Part shown: in pieces, positions 40,953 through 50,050 of the stretch
How the letters are laid out: every line of letters begins with the position of its first letter
How positions within the stretch are numbered: the stretch's first letter is position 1
Origin: an uncultured bacterium
GTDB taxonomy: Bacteria; Planctomycetota; UBA1135; GCA-002686595
DNA: 64,000 nucleotides
Direction of reading: 5' to 3'
NCBI GenBank assembly: GCA_937896235.1
Contig: CALBMX010000107.1
Coordinates: 6,245-70,244, forward strand
Made by a program: the position numbers and the translations under genes
The notes under the pieces: generated by a model
The model's input: the letters and a program-made list of their open reading frames with translations, nothing else
Told to the model about the DNA's origin: nothing
The model's database searches: none

Positions 40953-41816
40953 ATGCGTTGTCTCGGATTTCTCCTCCCTCTTCTCGTTGCAGCACCTCTA
41001 GCAAGTGCACAAACCCCCGTCAACGGTGGGGGCAAACCAGCTGAGATCGTCGTCTCCTCGGATTGGGAGCGCATTCTGCGTCTCTATCAACAAGTTCACG
41101 GAGGCCCAGAGCGGCTTGCGGAGCTCCAACGGATGAGCTTCGATTTTACGACCTCAACTTTTGACGGAGAGGGAAAAGAGCTCGTTGCGGATCCGCAAAA
41201 AGTGGAGATACGATTCCACAACTCTGCATCCATTGACCAAGGTGAGGCCGGTCCGAGCAAGCCCGTTCCGAGGGCTGTCCGCGTCGAATCCCAGGTGGAT
41301 TTGGGCGGAGAGAAGGTCGCGCTGATCTCTGTCGTCACACCGGGTAGTGTCCATGTGTGGGTCGAGAACGCAGAGGGCGGATTCGATGAAACCAATGCGC
41401 GAGAGCTTCGCACAAATGCAGCCAATGATGCAAACGCCCTTCTCGCACACCTCGATCTCATCTTGATGCCGGACTCCGAAGAGCTCCTATTTCGGTTTGT
41501 AGGTGTTCGCCAAAGGGATGACGTGAAATACGCGGCGGTCGAGGCGGAGTTCATCCCCATGCGTGGCGTACAGCAGCTGTATCGGAACTACTTCAGCCCG
41601 GTAACGTCGCTGATTGAACGGATGGACATCTACGATCCCAAGTCCAAGCGAAGAGTTGGTTGTACCCGGATTGGGGACTATGAGGATCACGGTGGAATTA
41701 AGTTTCCCCGCAGCTTCAAGAGCTACGACAAGAATGAAAACCCCGTGGGTTCTTGGGTCCTGAGCTCAGTGAAGGTCAACCCCGAGTTGCCAGCCACACG
41801 CTTTTCGGCTCCATAG
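40953..41816 (+). CDS. Secreted hypothetical protein (287 aa)
   Basis: Signal MRCLGFLLPLLVAAPLASAQ. I recognised no domain. It is divergent from queG. Confidence 0.6.
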   Translation: MRCLGFLLPLLVAAPLASAQTPVNGGGKPAEIVVSSDWERILRLYQQVHGGPERLAELQRMSFDFTTSTFDGEGKELVADPQKVEIRFHNSASIDQGEAGPSKPVPRAVRVESQVDLGGEKVALISVVTPGSVHVWVENAEGGFDETNARELRTNAANDANALLAHLDLILMPDSEELLFRFVGVRQRDDVKYAAVEAEFIPMRGVQQLYRNYFSPVTSLIERMDIYDPKSKRRVGCTRIGDYEDHGGIKFPRSFKSYDKNENPVGSWVLSSVKVNPELPATRFSAP

Positions 41817-41824
41817 CTCAGATC

Positions 41825-41848
41825 GCGCCAGCTGTTGGCGCTATTTCT
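41825..41848 (+). terminator. Possible intrinsic terminator
   Basis: GCGCCA-gctgt-TGGCGC followed by TATTTCT, 9 nt after the stop at 41816. Confidence 0.45.
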
Positions 41849-42064
41849 AACTGAAGTATTTACAGACGCTTACGCTTCTTTAAGCGTTCGGAAGTGGACG
41901 ATATCCCGCTGATTGCAAAGGATCTAGTAACCTCGGATCTACCCACGTCTAATAATAAATGTTCCCCCGACTCTCCGGGGCCAACATCCCCCTCCCCCAA
42001 GGACATAGGCCAGAGAGACTGCATGCAATTTGGAATCTTCCACCACTAAATTGGAGCGCAAGGC

Positions 42065-42973
42065 ATGAGTCCTTCGTACTTCAGCGGGCAAGAGGCTCTG
42101 ATCGCCCCTGCCTTCAACACTTCGGAGCTTCGGCCAAAGCTTCTTGAGATCTCTTCGGAAGTTGAAGGTGTCTCCGTCGCCGACCTTCAACCGCTCTTTG
42201 CGATCCTTGAGGGAACCGATGGGAAAGAGCGCACCCAAGATCAAGTTCGAGACGCGCTCTCAACAAAGATCATGGAGTTCTTCCGATTACACCAGAGCAG
42301 AGTCTGCTTCGGCTTGCTCTACGAGCTCAACGGGCCGCACCTGGTTCAACAGGTGGCAGCGCGCTTGCGCCGCTACCAGAGCCGTGCAGATGCTCGAGAC
42401 GTCCTTCAAGAGGTCTTCTTTAACGTCCACCGTTACCCGCATCGTTTCAACGCCGAGCGCGAGGATGCATTTCGGGTTTGGTCTGCGACGATCGTACGCA
42501 ACACGGTATTGAAGCATTTGAGATCGCAAAATCGCGGGGGTCGTTCCGAGGTGCCTATCGACGATCTCCCCGAGCCTACCGAAAACGGTGTGAAGTGTCC
42601 GCTTGCGGGCGCTGTGGACAGGGAAACCACCGAGGAGTGCAATCGCGTCTACGTGACCTACTTGCACCTCTACTTGCGGTTCTATTCGGAACTTTCGGAT
42701 CGCGAGCAGCGCGCCATCCACCTCGTTGAGGTGGACAACTGCAGCTATCGTGACGCGGCAGCCGACCTGGGCATCAAGCTGGAGAATCTAAAGATGGTCA
42801 TCTTCAGGGCCCGTAGAAAAATCCATCGCTCGATGCGCCGCGTATTTGATGGCCTTCCACCGGATGTTCGTCCCGCGAGAAGCCCCAAACCCCAAAGACC
42901 AGTTCAGTCGCGTGAACTTTCGACCACACGCGTCTCTACAACGAATCACCCACTTGGAGGTCGTTTGTCATGA
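42065..42973 (+). CDS. ECF-type RNA polymerase sigma-70 family factor with N-terminal extension and Pro-rich C-terminal tail
   Basis: Region 2 is VLQEVFFNVHRYPHRFNAEREDAFRVWSATIVRNTVLKHLR. Region 4 is LSDREQRAIHLVEVDNCSYRDAAADLGIKLENLKMVIFRARRKI. The start is uncertain, with an alternative ATG at 42272. Confidence 0.8.
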   Translation: MSPSYFSGQEALIAPAFNTSELRPKLLEISSEVEGVSVADLQPLFAILEGTDGKERTQDQVRDALSTKIMEFFRLHQSRVCFGLLYELNGPHLVQQVAARLRRYQSRADARDVLQEVFFNVHRYPHRFNAEREDAFRVWSATIVRNTVLKHLRSQNRGGRSEVPIDDLPEPTENGVKCPLAGAVDRETTEECNRVYVTYLHLYLRFYSELSDREQRAIHLVEVDNCSYRDAAADLGIKLENLKMVIFRARRKIHRSMRRVFDGLPPDVRPARSPKPQRPVQSRELSTTRVSTTNHPLGGRLS

Positions 42974-44034
42974 ATAGCACTTTCTGGACCGAGGTCACCC
43001 CAAATGTGTGCCTCGATTTTCAATCCGATTTGTCCGCGCTTGTAGACGGCGAGCTTGACGATGCAGCAGCTACACGCGCCATCGCTCACCTTGAGGTCTG
43101 CGCCGGATGCCACGACTTCTTGGACGACACGCGCTCTATGGTGAGCATGCACCAGGACATCGCCAACCCGGACTCTCTACTTTTGCGCTTCTCGGCCCTG
43201 ACGGGTAAAGAGCTCATGGATCAAGCGGAATCGTCGCTGCTGGTGAGCCGACTTGCGACCGTGTTCTATCAGCTGGGGAAGGCTTATGTCCTTGCCGCAA
43301 CCGATGCTCAGTATCGCAATGACGTTTTCGAGCCCGCTGTTCGCGTCGAGCTTGAAAAAACCCGGGGACGAGGATTTGTGGATGGTGTTCTGGCAAGCGG
43401 CCGGGACTCCATTTCCGATGTCGACTGGAGCGAAGCTCGACACATGCTGAATGGAAGGCTGACCAAGATCGAGAACTCTCTCGAGAAAGGTAAACGCCTC
43501 CTTGAAGAAGCGCTCACGATCGATGCCGACCACGAGGAGGCACGCCTATATCGGGCGTTTGTTCATTCGCACGAAGGGCGTCGTATGCGGGCCGCCGAGG
43601 ATCTTCGCTATGTCTTTGATACGGCGATGGACGAGGCCAACCGTGGCCATGCGGCGATGCAGCTCGGCAAGCTCTATGGGGCAGAGGGCGACCATAAGCG
43701 AGCCCTTGTCTGCTTCCGCTGGGTGACCATTAGCGGCCTTGCGGATGTAAATCCGCGCTTCTTCCTTGCGCGCTATAACGCGGCTATCTGTCACCTGCGT
43801 CTCGGTTCGGCCAATCGCTCCGTGGATGTGCTCCGAGACCTTCTCGACCGCCACCCCAACGAAGCGGCGCGCATAGCGGACGCACTTGCTGAGTCCTCTC
43901 CCAAGCTGCAATCCATCATGGCAAGCCTAGATGGATTTGCCGAAAACCTGATCCAAACCTGTCCCGAGTTATTCGCCTTGCCTTCAGAGGCAAAGCTCTC
44001 CCAAAGTGACCAAGCTTTGGAAGGGGAATGCTAA
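42970..44034 (+). CDS. Anti-sigma factor (zf-HC2) with TPR-like C-terminal domain
   Basis: ATGA overlap with the sigma gene. LVDGELDDAAATRAIAHLEVCAGCHDFLDD is the zf-HC2 signature. Confidence 0.75.
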   Translation: MNSTFWTEVTPNVCLDFQSDLSALVDGELDDAAATRAIAHLEVCAGCHDFLDDTRSMVSMHQDIANPDSLLLRFSALTGKELMDQAESSLLVSRLATVFYQLGKAYVLAATDAQYRNDVFEPAVRVELEKTRGRGFVDGVLASGRDSISDVDWSEARHMLNGRLTKIENSLEKGKRLLEEALTIDADHEEARLYRAFVHSHEGRRMRAAEDLRYVFDTAMDEANRGHAAMQLGKLYGAEGDHKRALVCFRWVTISGLADVNPRFFLARYNAAICHLRLGSANRSVDVLRDLLDRHPNEAARIADALAESSPKLQSIMASLDGFAENLIQTCPELFALPSEAKLSQSDQALEGEC

Positions 44035-44036
44035 AC

Positions 44037-44660
44037 ATGAATTCTAAAACAACGATTGCGACCATTCTAGGTCTTAGCCTTTTTATCGGTGGCTTCCAGG
44101 CAACTGCTGGTGGTGGAGGATTTACACCAGGTGACGACCTCATCGGCACCTTGCCAGCGATCTACCTCGGCCCGGATGGCGGAGTCACCTCTGGCCCCGA
44201 AGGACTCGGCGGGAATTCGGGAGATCAGGCGATGGCACCGAGCCTAATGCTTGTTGGATCGATTCAGGCTCTGGACGCGGCAATCACCGATGCTTATGGC
44301 AACGGTTATGTCACTGTTGAAGAGACCTCGAATGCCTCGATCTTTAGCTTCACCTTCCACGGCGATGTAACCGTAGTTGTGGATCGGAAGGAGATTGAAG
44401 AGCGGGGGATCGGTACGCTACTGCGCGTGGGGTACAACTATCTCGGCGGTGTCGGTGTGACCCAATGGGCGGGCTTCCAAGGCTCTCCTTTCACGATTGG
44501 GAAATACGAGATGGTCATGCCCTACGCAGAGCTCCTTCTTTCAGGGACAGCGGATGCGGGGTCGATTGACTTGATCTTGGCCAACCGCGGAATCGCGGAT
44601 TCTTACATCGGGCTTGAGGCCTTCGGCAATCTCGCTCAAATCGAGCAGATCACGAACTGA
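44037..44660 (+). CDS. Secreted hypothetical protein (207 aa), third gene of the sigma/anti-sigma cluster
   Basis: Signal MNSKTTIATILGLSLFIGGFQATAGG. No domain recognised. Confidence 0.55.
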   Translation: MNSKTTIATILGLSLFIGGFQATAGGGGFTPGDDLIGTLPAIYLGPDGGVTSGPEGLGGNSGDQAMAPSLMLVGSIQALDAAITDAYGNGYVTVEETSNASIFSFTFHGDVTVVVDRKEIEERGIGTLLRVGYNYLGGVGVTQWAGFQGSPFTIGKYEMVMPYAELLLSGTADAGSIDLILANRGIADSYIGLEAFGNLAQIEQITN

Positions 44661-44707
44661 TCCGATTTTAGCTACGACGGTCCTCACCTGAGGGCTGATC
44701 GAACTCG

Positions 44708-44752
44708 AAGGGTTTCACCTAGGATCACTCCTAGGTGAAACCCTTTTTTTGT
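44708..44752 (+). terminator. Strong intrinsic terminator
   Basis: AAGGGTTTCACCTAGG-atcact-CCTAGGTGAAACCCTT followed by a T run (16-bp perfect stem). Confidence 0.8.
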
Positions 44753-44766
44753 TCTATGTTTTCCCC

Positions 44767-46248
44767 ATGGCGACAACGATTATTGGCTTGGATACGGGGA
44801 CGACGGGAGTTACCGCTCTGCTCTATTCCGTGGACCGCTCCTCTGGGTTGAAACCGCTATTGCGCTCCTATCGTGAGTTTCCACAGCACTTCCCCAAGCC
44901 GGGCTGGGTGGAACATCATGCTGCGGACATTCTTGGGGCTGTCGATGAGGTGCTCGCAGAGCTTTTGAACGACCCGCGCGCGAGCAATGTGGTCGGCCTA
45001 GGAGTGACCAACCAGCGCGAAACGGTTTTTGCAATGGACCGCTCGGAAAAGGGGCGAGCTCTGGCTCCGGGAATCGTTTGGCAGGATCGGCGGACCGACG
45101 AGCGTTGCCGGCAGTTGGCGAGCGAGTCGGGGCGAGCGACCTGGATACGAGAGCGTACGGGACTTGTTATCGATCCCTATTTTAGCGCCTCCAAAATCGA
45201 ATGGCTGCTGCTCAACGTCCCCGGCCTTAGTACACGGGCTCATAGAGGGGAGGTCGTTTTTGGGACTGTGGACACTCTTGTCTTAGCACACCTGACTGAA
45301 GGCCGGATGTTCGCCACGGATCCAACAAATGCCTCGCGGACGATGCTGTTTGACATCCATCGCAGGGAGTGGGATGGGGAGCTCTGTGATTTGTTTGGAG
45401 TTGACCCGCAGTGGCTTCCGGAGGTGCGCAACTCAAGGGGAGCTTTCGGGCAAACCTCAACGGAGGTCGTGGGGCGCAAGATTCCAATCCTGGCAGTCAT
45501 GGGGGATCAGCAAGCCGCACTTTTTGGTCAAGGAGCGACGGAGCCCGGGAGCTTGAAATGTACTTTCGGAACAGGCATCTTCTTGCTGTTCAACCACGGT
45601 GAGTCGAGTCCGCAACTCAGCGGCTCAGGATTGCTGGCGACGCTTGCGGTCGGCCCTCAAGGCCAGAGCGTCTACGCCCTCGAGGGGAGCATCTTCATGG
45701 GCGGGGCCATTATCCAATGGTTGCGGGATGAGCTGGGTATTTTGAACAGCTCCGAGGAAAGCGAAGAGGTTGCCGCCGGTGTTCCGGACACGGGGGGAGT
45801 CACCCTAGTGCCCGCATTCACCGGCCTCGGAGCCCCCTATTGGGATGCCGAGGCGCGTGCTGCGATCTTGGGCCTGAGTCGAGGATCGAATCGAGCCCAC
45901 ATCGTCCGTGCTGGCCTGGAAGCGATTGCGCTTCAGACTGCGGAGCTCATCGAGCTGCTGAGGCAAGAGACAGGTCACGAAATCAAGTCCATGCGCGTGG
46001 ATGGCGGAGCAACTTCAAACAACCTGCTCATGCAAATGCAGGCGGACTTGGCGTGTCTGCTTGTGGAGAGACCCGAGTCCATCGAAGCGACTGCCCGCGG
46101 CGCCGCACTGCTCGCTGCCGTCGAGCTCGGCTTGGTCTCTCAAGGGGCGGCTCCTCAAGTGGAGCGCACCTTTGTTCCCAACCAGAGCGTTTCGCAGGCT
46201 ACCCAGCTCGCCAAGTGGCGCGCCGCAGTCGCGAGAATCCGATCTTAG
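44767..46248 (+). CDS. glpK: Glycerol kinase GlpK
   Basis: GLDTGTTG, GWVEHHAADI, GVTNQRETVFAMD...IVWQDRRT, YFSASKIEWLL and GDQQAALFGQ (FGGY kinase family). Confidence 0.92.
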   Translation: MATTIIGLDTGTTGVTALLYSVDRSSGLKPLLRSYREFPQHFPKPGWVEHHAADILGAVDEVLAELLNDPRASNVVGLGVTNQRETVFAMDRSEKGRALAPGIVWQDRRTDERCRQLASESGRATWIRERTGLVIDPYFSASKIEWLLLNVPGLSTRAHRGEVVFGTVDTLVLAHLTEGRMFATDPTNASRTMLFDIHRREWDGELCDLFGVDPQWLPEVRNSRGAFGQTSTEVVGRKIPILAVMGDQQAALFGQGATEPGSLKCTFGTGIFLLFNHGESSPQLSGSGLLATLAVGPQGQSVYALEGSIFMGGAIIQWLRDELGILNSSEESEEVAAGVPDTGGVTLVPAFTGLGAPYWDAEARAAILGLSRGSNRAHIVRAGLEAIALQTAELIELLRQETGHEIKSMRVDGGATSNNLLMQMQADLACLLVERPESIEATARGAALLAAVELGLVSQGAAPQVERTFVPNQSVSQATQLAKWRAAVARIRS

Positions 46249-46260
46249 ATCCGTGGAGCG

Positions 46261-46644
46261 CTACTCCTCGCCGTAGCACTCCTCGCAGTCCTCAAGGTCG
46301 CAAACCTCTTCATCGGAGTCGATGAAAGGTGTATTGGGATCATAGAAGAGTGTGCCTAGGCCAACATGCAGAGGTCCCAAGTTGAAAGCGGCACCTAGCA
46401 CACCAATCTCAAGGCCGAGAAGATTACTAATGCGGAGGTGCAAGATACCGCCATCACTGGGGCCATCCAAAACGCTCGCCTCAAGGATACCCGTCTCATC
46501 GGACATACCAAACGCGATGTGCCCGTCGACTAGGCCGTGGACCTGTAGTCCAGGAAGGTCGCTGTCCGAGTCGATTTCGATGACTGTGCAGGACGAGGAA
46601 GCAGACGCCAGCAAAGCGAAGATAAGTGTGGAGGTCATTTTCAT
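46261..46644 (-). CDS. Small lipoprotein-like hypothetical protein with acidic Cys-containing C-terminus
   Basis: Lipobox-like LLASASSSC. The tail is DSDEEVCDLEDCEECYGEE. Confidence 0.5.
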   Translation of the reverse strand: MKMTSTLIFALLASASSSCTVIEIDSDSDLPGLQVHGLVDGHIAFGMSDETGILEASVLDGPSDGGILHLRISNLLGLEIGVLGAAFNLGPLHVGLGTLFYDPNTPFIDSDEEVCDLEDCEECYGEE

Positions 46645-46719
46645 AGAACACTGATTCGAACGCGCCGATCGGTTCTTTGTGATAACCCCGAAAAAGCTAC
46701 TTCAGGTGGAGATAAATTC

Positions 46720-48216
46720 TCACTGGTCTTGGAGCCAACGCAAGAAGCGGCCTTCTAAACACTTCTTGTCCTGCTCCTTGTTGCTCAACGGTAGCTCATA
46801 GATCTTGGGGATAACCTCTTCGAATGTGGGCGCATCCTCGGAGGTCCCGCCCTCGCCGATTGCGGCTAGCAGGGCTGCGAATCGTTTCGCCGAGTCCTTC
46901 TTGGAGCTGCCAGCTTCGGTCCGTAGCCAGTGCATAAACACAGTGCGGTACGCGCGGAAGAACTCTTGGTAGTCGCCAACGAATTCAGAGGCCGGCATCG
47001 GTGCCGTGATGGCCGGCGTGCCAAGGAAAGGACTGCTCACAACGAACTGGGATGCTCCGCTGTCGTTCACCAGAAGGAAACTCTGAAGCCGGGCCTGTTG
47101 GTTCTGATTCGCTTGGTTGCCGGCCTCTTGCGCCGCAGCCAGTTTGTGCACGTAGCGGAACTCGCCCTCAAACTCCCTCCAAGGACTCTCTGCGCTAAGC
47201 GGGGGGAGGTAACCTCCATCGGGGTTGCCGCCGGGCACGAAGACCTCACGGGGCGGCGTAGATCGTCCGCGTGGATCTCCCTCAAGCCGACTGTGATCAA
47301 TTCCAAAGAGGTCAATGTTGAAGTTGATCGCGAATCCGACGGCGAGGGCGGGATCAAAGCGATCGCCAAAATAGTTTCGCATGAGGCTGAGGAAGGCACG
47401 CTGTATCACATGCTGCGCTAGCTCGTCGGGGCGTTTGGCGTCCATGGGCACACCGCCGTAGATGTCACCTGCATCCCGGCCCGAATCAACGTATTCGAGC
47501 GCAAGGACTCGCATGTCCATGATGCGACCTTCGATCCACTCGTGCAGATTGTCGGCCCAGTAATTCGAGCGCTCCTCTTCGAACAGAAGTCCCGCATAAC
47601 AAACGAGACGAACAAACTCCATGCGTGTAGGACACAGAATCAACGACGCAGGCATGACCTCCTCGAGGTCTCTCTTGAGTCCGAGGCACTCTCCTAGCAA
47701 GAAGCTCTTGCGGAGATTTTGAGAGGCTTCGATGTAGCTGTCCTTTGCCTTGAGTGCTGTGAGCAAGTCGTGCCCCCCCCCTTGGTCGAGGTCGGCCAGC
47801 TTGCCAGTACTCCAAGAGTTCACCCACTTCTCAAGAGTCTTGATGTCCTTCTCGACCTCTTTTTGACGGCCCAAACTCGGCGCTAGATTGTCTAACCAAT
47901 TTTGCTGTACAGCTAAAAGAAGCAGGCAGAGCTCTTGAAATGTGCGAGCGACTCCGGTGTTTTCCAAATCGGGGATCGGATGGTAAACCTCAAACAGGCC
48001 CAAGCTGACGTGTGCGTAGGCCTCGTCGATGACGTCTTTGAACTCGACCTCCATGTCCGTCAGGCCGGTCAGCTTGTGGTCGAGGGCGAAACCGTCGGCA
48101 TGGCGCTTAAAGTCGATCTGATCTTGAGCCTTAGCCGCTTGGAAATTACCGAGCAGAACTAGGGTGGCGAGCGAAAGAGTGCGGAGGAGGCGAGCGGGGG
48201 AAAGAGAGCTGATCAT
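46720..48216 (-). CDS. Secreted hypothetical protein (~498 aa)
   Basis: Signal MISSLSPARLLRTLSLATLVLLGNFQAAKAQ. It lies directly downstream of the sulfatase-like gene. No domain recognised. Confidence 0.6.
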   Translation of the reverse strand: MISSLSPARLLRTLSLATLVLLGNFQAAKAQDQIDFKRHADGFALDHKLTGLTDMEVEFKDVIDEAYAHVSLGLFEVYHPIPDLENTGVARTFQELCLLLLAVQQNWLDNLAPSLGRQKEVEKDIKTLEKWVNSWSTGKLADLDQGGGHDLLTALKAKDSYIEASQNLRKSFLLGECLGLKRDLEEVMPASLILCPTRMEFVRLVCYAGLLFEEERSNYWADNLHEWIEGRIMDMRVLALEYVDSGRDAGDIYGGVPMDAKRPDELAQHVIQRAFLSLMRNYFGDRFDPALAVGFAINFNIDLFGIDHSRLEGDPRGRSTPPREVFVPGGNPDGGYLPPLSAESPWREFEGEFRYVHKLAAAQEAGNQANQNQQARLQSFLLVNDSGASQFVVSSPFLGTPAITAPMPASEFVGDYQEFFRAYRTVFMHWLRTEAGSSKKDSAKRFAALLAAIGEGGTSEDAPTFEEVIPKIYELPLSNKEQDKKCLEGRFLRWLQDQ

Positions 48217-48260
48217 GAATGGGTCAGGGGTTGGGCGGAGCGACTTGGGGAACGCCACTT

Positions 48261-49895
48261 CTATTTTGCGGGCGGGGAGGCGAAGCAGCCGTCCATGCAG
48301 AGTTTGATCGTTGTGGAAACGGGGGTGCCATCTCGACTCTCTAAATATCCCATACCGGAGAGCTCTTCAGAGACTTCATTTCCGAGTCGTGTGTAAAGGT
48401 TCGCCCGACTTGGCGCGAGATCGCGCTCTGCTTGTGTTTTGGCACGGAGGCCCCCTAGGAGATCGTCAAAGTGGGCGAATGCATCGCCGTCGAGGGGGGC
48501 ACCGAATCCACTCGCTACAGGATTCTTGGTAAGGTCGAAGTATTCTCCTGACCGGGAACCATCGCGCTGCACCACCCGCAGCCAAAGCTCGTCTCCAAGT
48601 CGGATTCCCGTATGCCTCACAGGTACTGGGTTGCCACTCTGGAACAGCTGGAGTTCGGTTAGGTAAGGCGCGAGAGCCTGCTCTTCTGCACCATGCAAGA
48701 CGGCGCTCAGATCTCGACCGCTCACGGAGCTTGGCGGCGCTACGTTGAGCAGGGAGCTGATCGTCGGAGCTATATCGACAATGCCCGCAGGGCTCTTCAC
48801 GCGCCGGCCTACATCGAGATGACCCGGCCATGAGAAAATGAGGGGCACGTGAACCGTTTCCGGGTAAAGCTGAGATCGATGGGTCTTGTGGCCATGCTCA
48901 AAAAACTCTTCGCCGTGATCGGATGTCAGGACGATGAGTGTGTTCTCGCGAAGGCCGCGTCTCTCGAGCTCACTCAGCAGGCGCCCGATTTGTGAGTCGA
49001 CCCAGGCGACCTCCCCGAGGTAGCGCGCACGAAGATTTTCGAGGTCGCGTGCAGGCATCTCATGGTTTACCTGGGACTTGTCACTGCTGACTTCGGTGCC
49101 GTCGACGGGGCCCGTGTACAGAGGGTCGAACTGCGTTGCGAAAGGCTCGGGGGCCAAGTATTCGTCATGCACGTCAAACAAGTGCAGAAACAAGAAGAAG
49201 GGTTCACCCTCGACGGTGTCCAGCCATGCCAATCCTCGGTCGACAACCGCATCCGTCGTAGGTGCTTGGTAGTCGAACTGTTCAGGACTCAGGCTGGCCC
49301 ACTCCTTGAGTTCCGCCACTTTGTTGGCCTTCACAAGTTCTTTGTACTTGGCCTTGAGTGCTGCGTCGGACCAAACCGTATTGCCGACGCGCGTCCACTC
49401 CTCGAATCCTTGTCCAAATCCAAAGTCTGCGTCTAGGTACTCCCATGTGAAATAACCTGCCGTTCGGTAACCGGCACGCAGCAATGGTTCAGAGATGTAC
49501 TCCCCCCTTAAAGGAAGCTGAGGAGGTCCGCCTGGCAGCCCAACAGCTCCCCAGAGTCGTTCGTCGCAGATTCCGTGGGCGCTGATGTTTAGACCCGTGA
49601 GCATCGAAATGTGCGCCGGCAAGGTCCAAGAAGTCGTAGAAGTTGCCTGCTCGAACAGGACACCATTTTGGGCGAGCGAGTCCACATTGGGACTTGTTGG
49701 TAGCTCATTGCCATAACATGAGAGAGCATCCGCCCGCAGGGTGTCGATGCTAATAAACAGCAAATTCGGCCGGAGGACGGTGCTTTTCGAGGGGGGAACG
49801 GGTTCGTTTTGGGGCCCACAGCTAGCGCCAGCCACCAGGGCGAGGAGGGCCCCGAAGGAGGTCCAACGTGATCGAGAGTCGTTTGGTCGTTTCAT
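48261..49895 (-). CDS. Sulfatase-like hydrolase/transferase (alkaline-phosphatase superfamily) lipoprotein
   Basis: LLFISIDTLRADALSCYG metal-site motif, and TSDHGEEFFEHG. The nucleophile region reads TTSWTLPAHISMLTG, with Thr/His in place of the Cys/Ser-x-P-x-R formylglycine motif. Lipobox LVAGASCG. Confidence 0.8.
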   Translation of the reverse strand: MKRPNDSRSRWTSFGALLALVAGASCGPQNEPVPPSKSTVLRPNLLFISIDTLRADALSCYGNELPTSPNVDSLAQNGVLFEQATSTTSWTLPAHISMLTGLNISAHGICDERLWGAVGLPGGPPQLPLRGEYISEPLLRAGYRTAGYFTWEYLDADFGFGQGFEEWTRVGNTVWSDAALKAKYKELVKANKVAELKEWASLSPEQFDYQAPTTDAVVDRGLAWLDTVEGEPFFLFLHLFDVHDEYLAPEPFATQFDPLYTGPVDGTEVSSDKSQVNHEMPARDLENLRARYLGEVAWVDSQIGRLLSELERRGLRENTLIVLTSDHGEEFFEHGHKTHRSQLYPETVHVPLIFSWPGHLDVGRRVKSPAGIVDIAPTISSLLNVAPPSSVSGRDLSAVLHGAEEQALAPYLTELQLFQSGNPVPVRHTGIRLGDELWLRVVQRDGSRSGEYFDLTKNPVASGFGAPLDGDAFAHFDDLLGGLRAKTQAERDLAPSRANLYTRLGNEVSEELSGMGYLESRDGTPVSTTIKLCMDGCFASPPAK

Positions 49896-50050
49896 GTCGC
49901 CTGCGATTTTAGCGACCTCTTGGCATAAGGGGCTAATCCCATTGGACACACCTCCGATACCAGAGGGGTACCTCGATCAACTGCTCCCCCTCGCTTGGCA
50001 GCCCAAGTAGGCCCCTAAACCCTGGCAAATGGCCATGGACCCCAATCACC

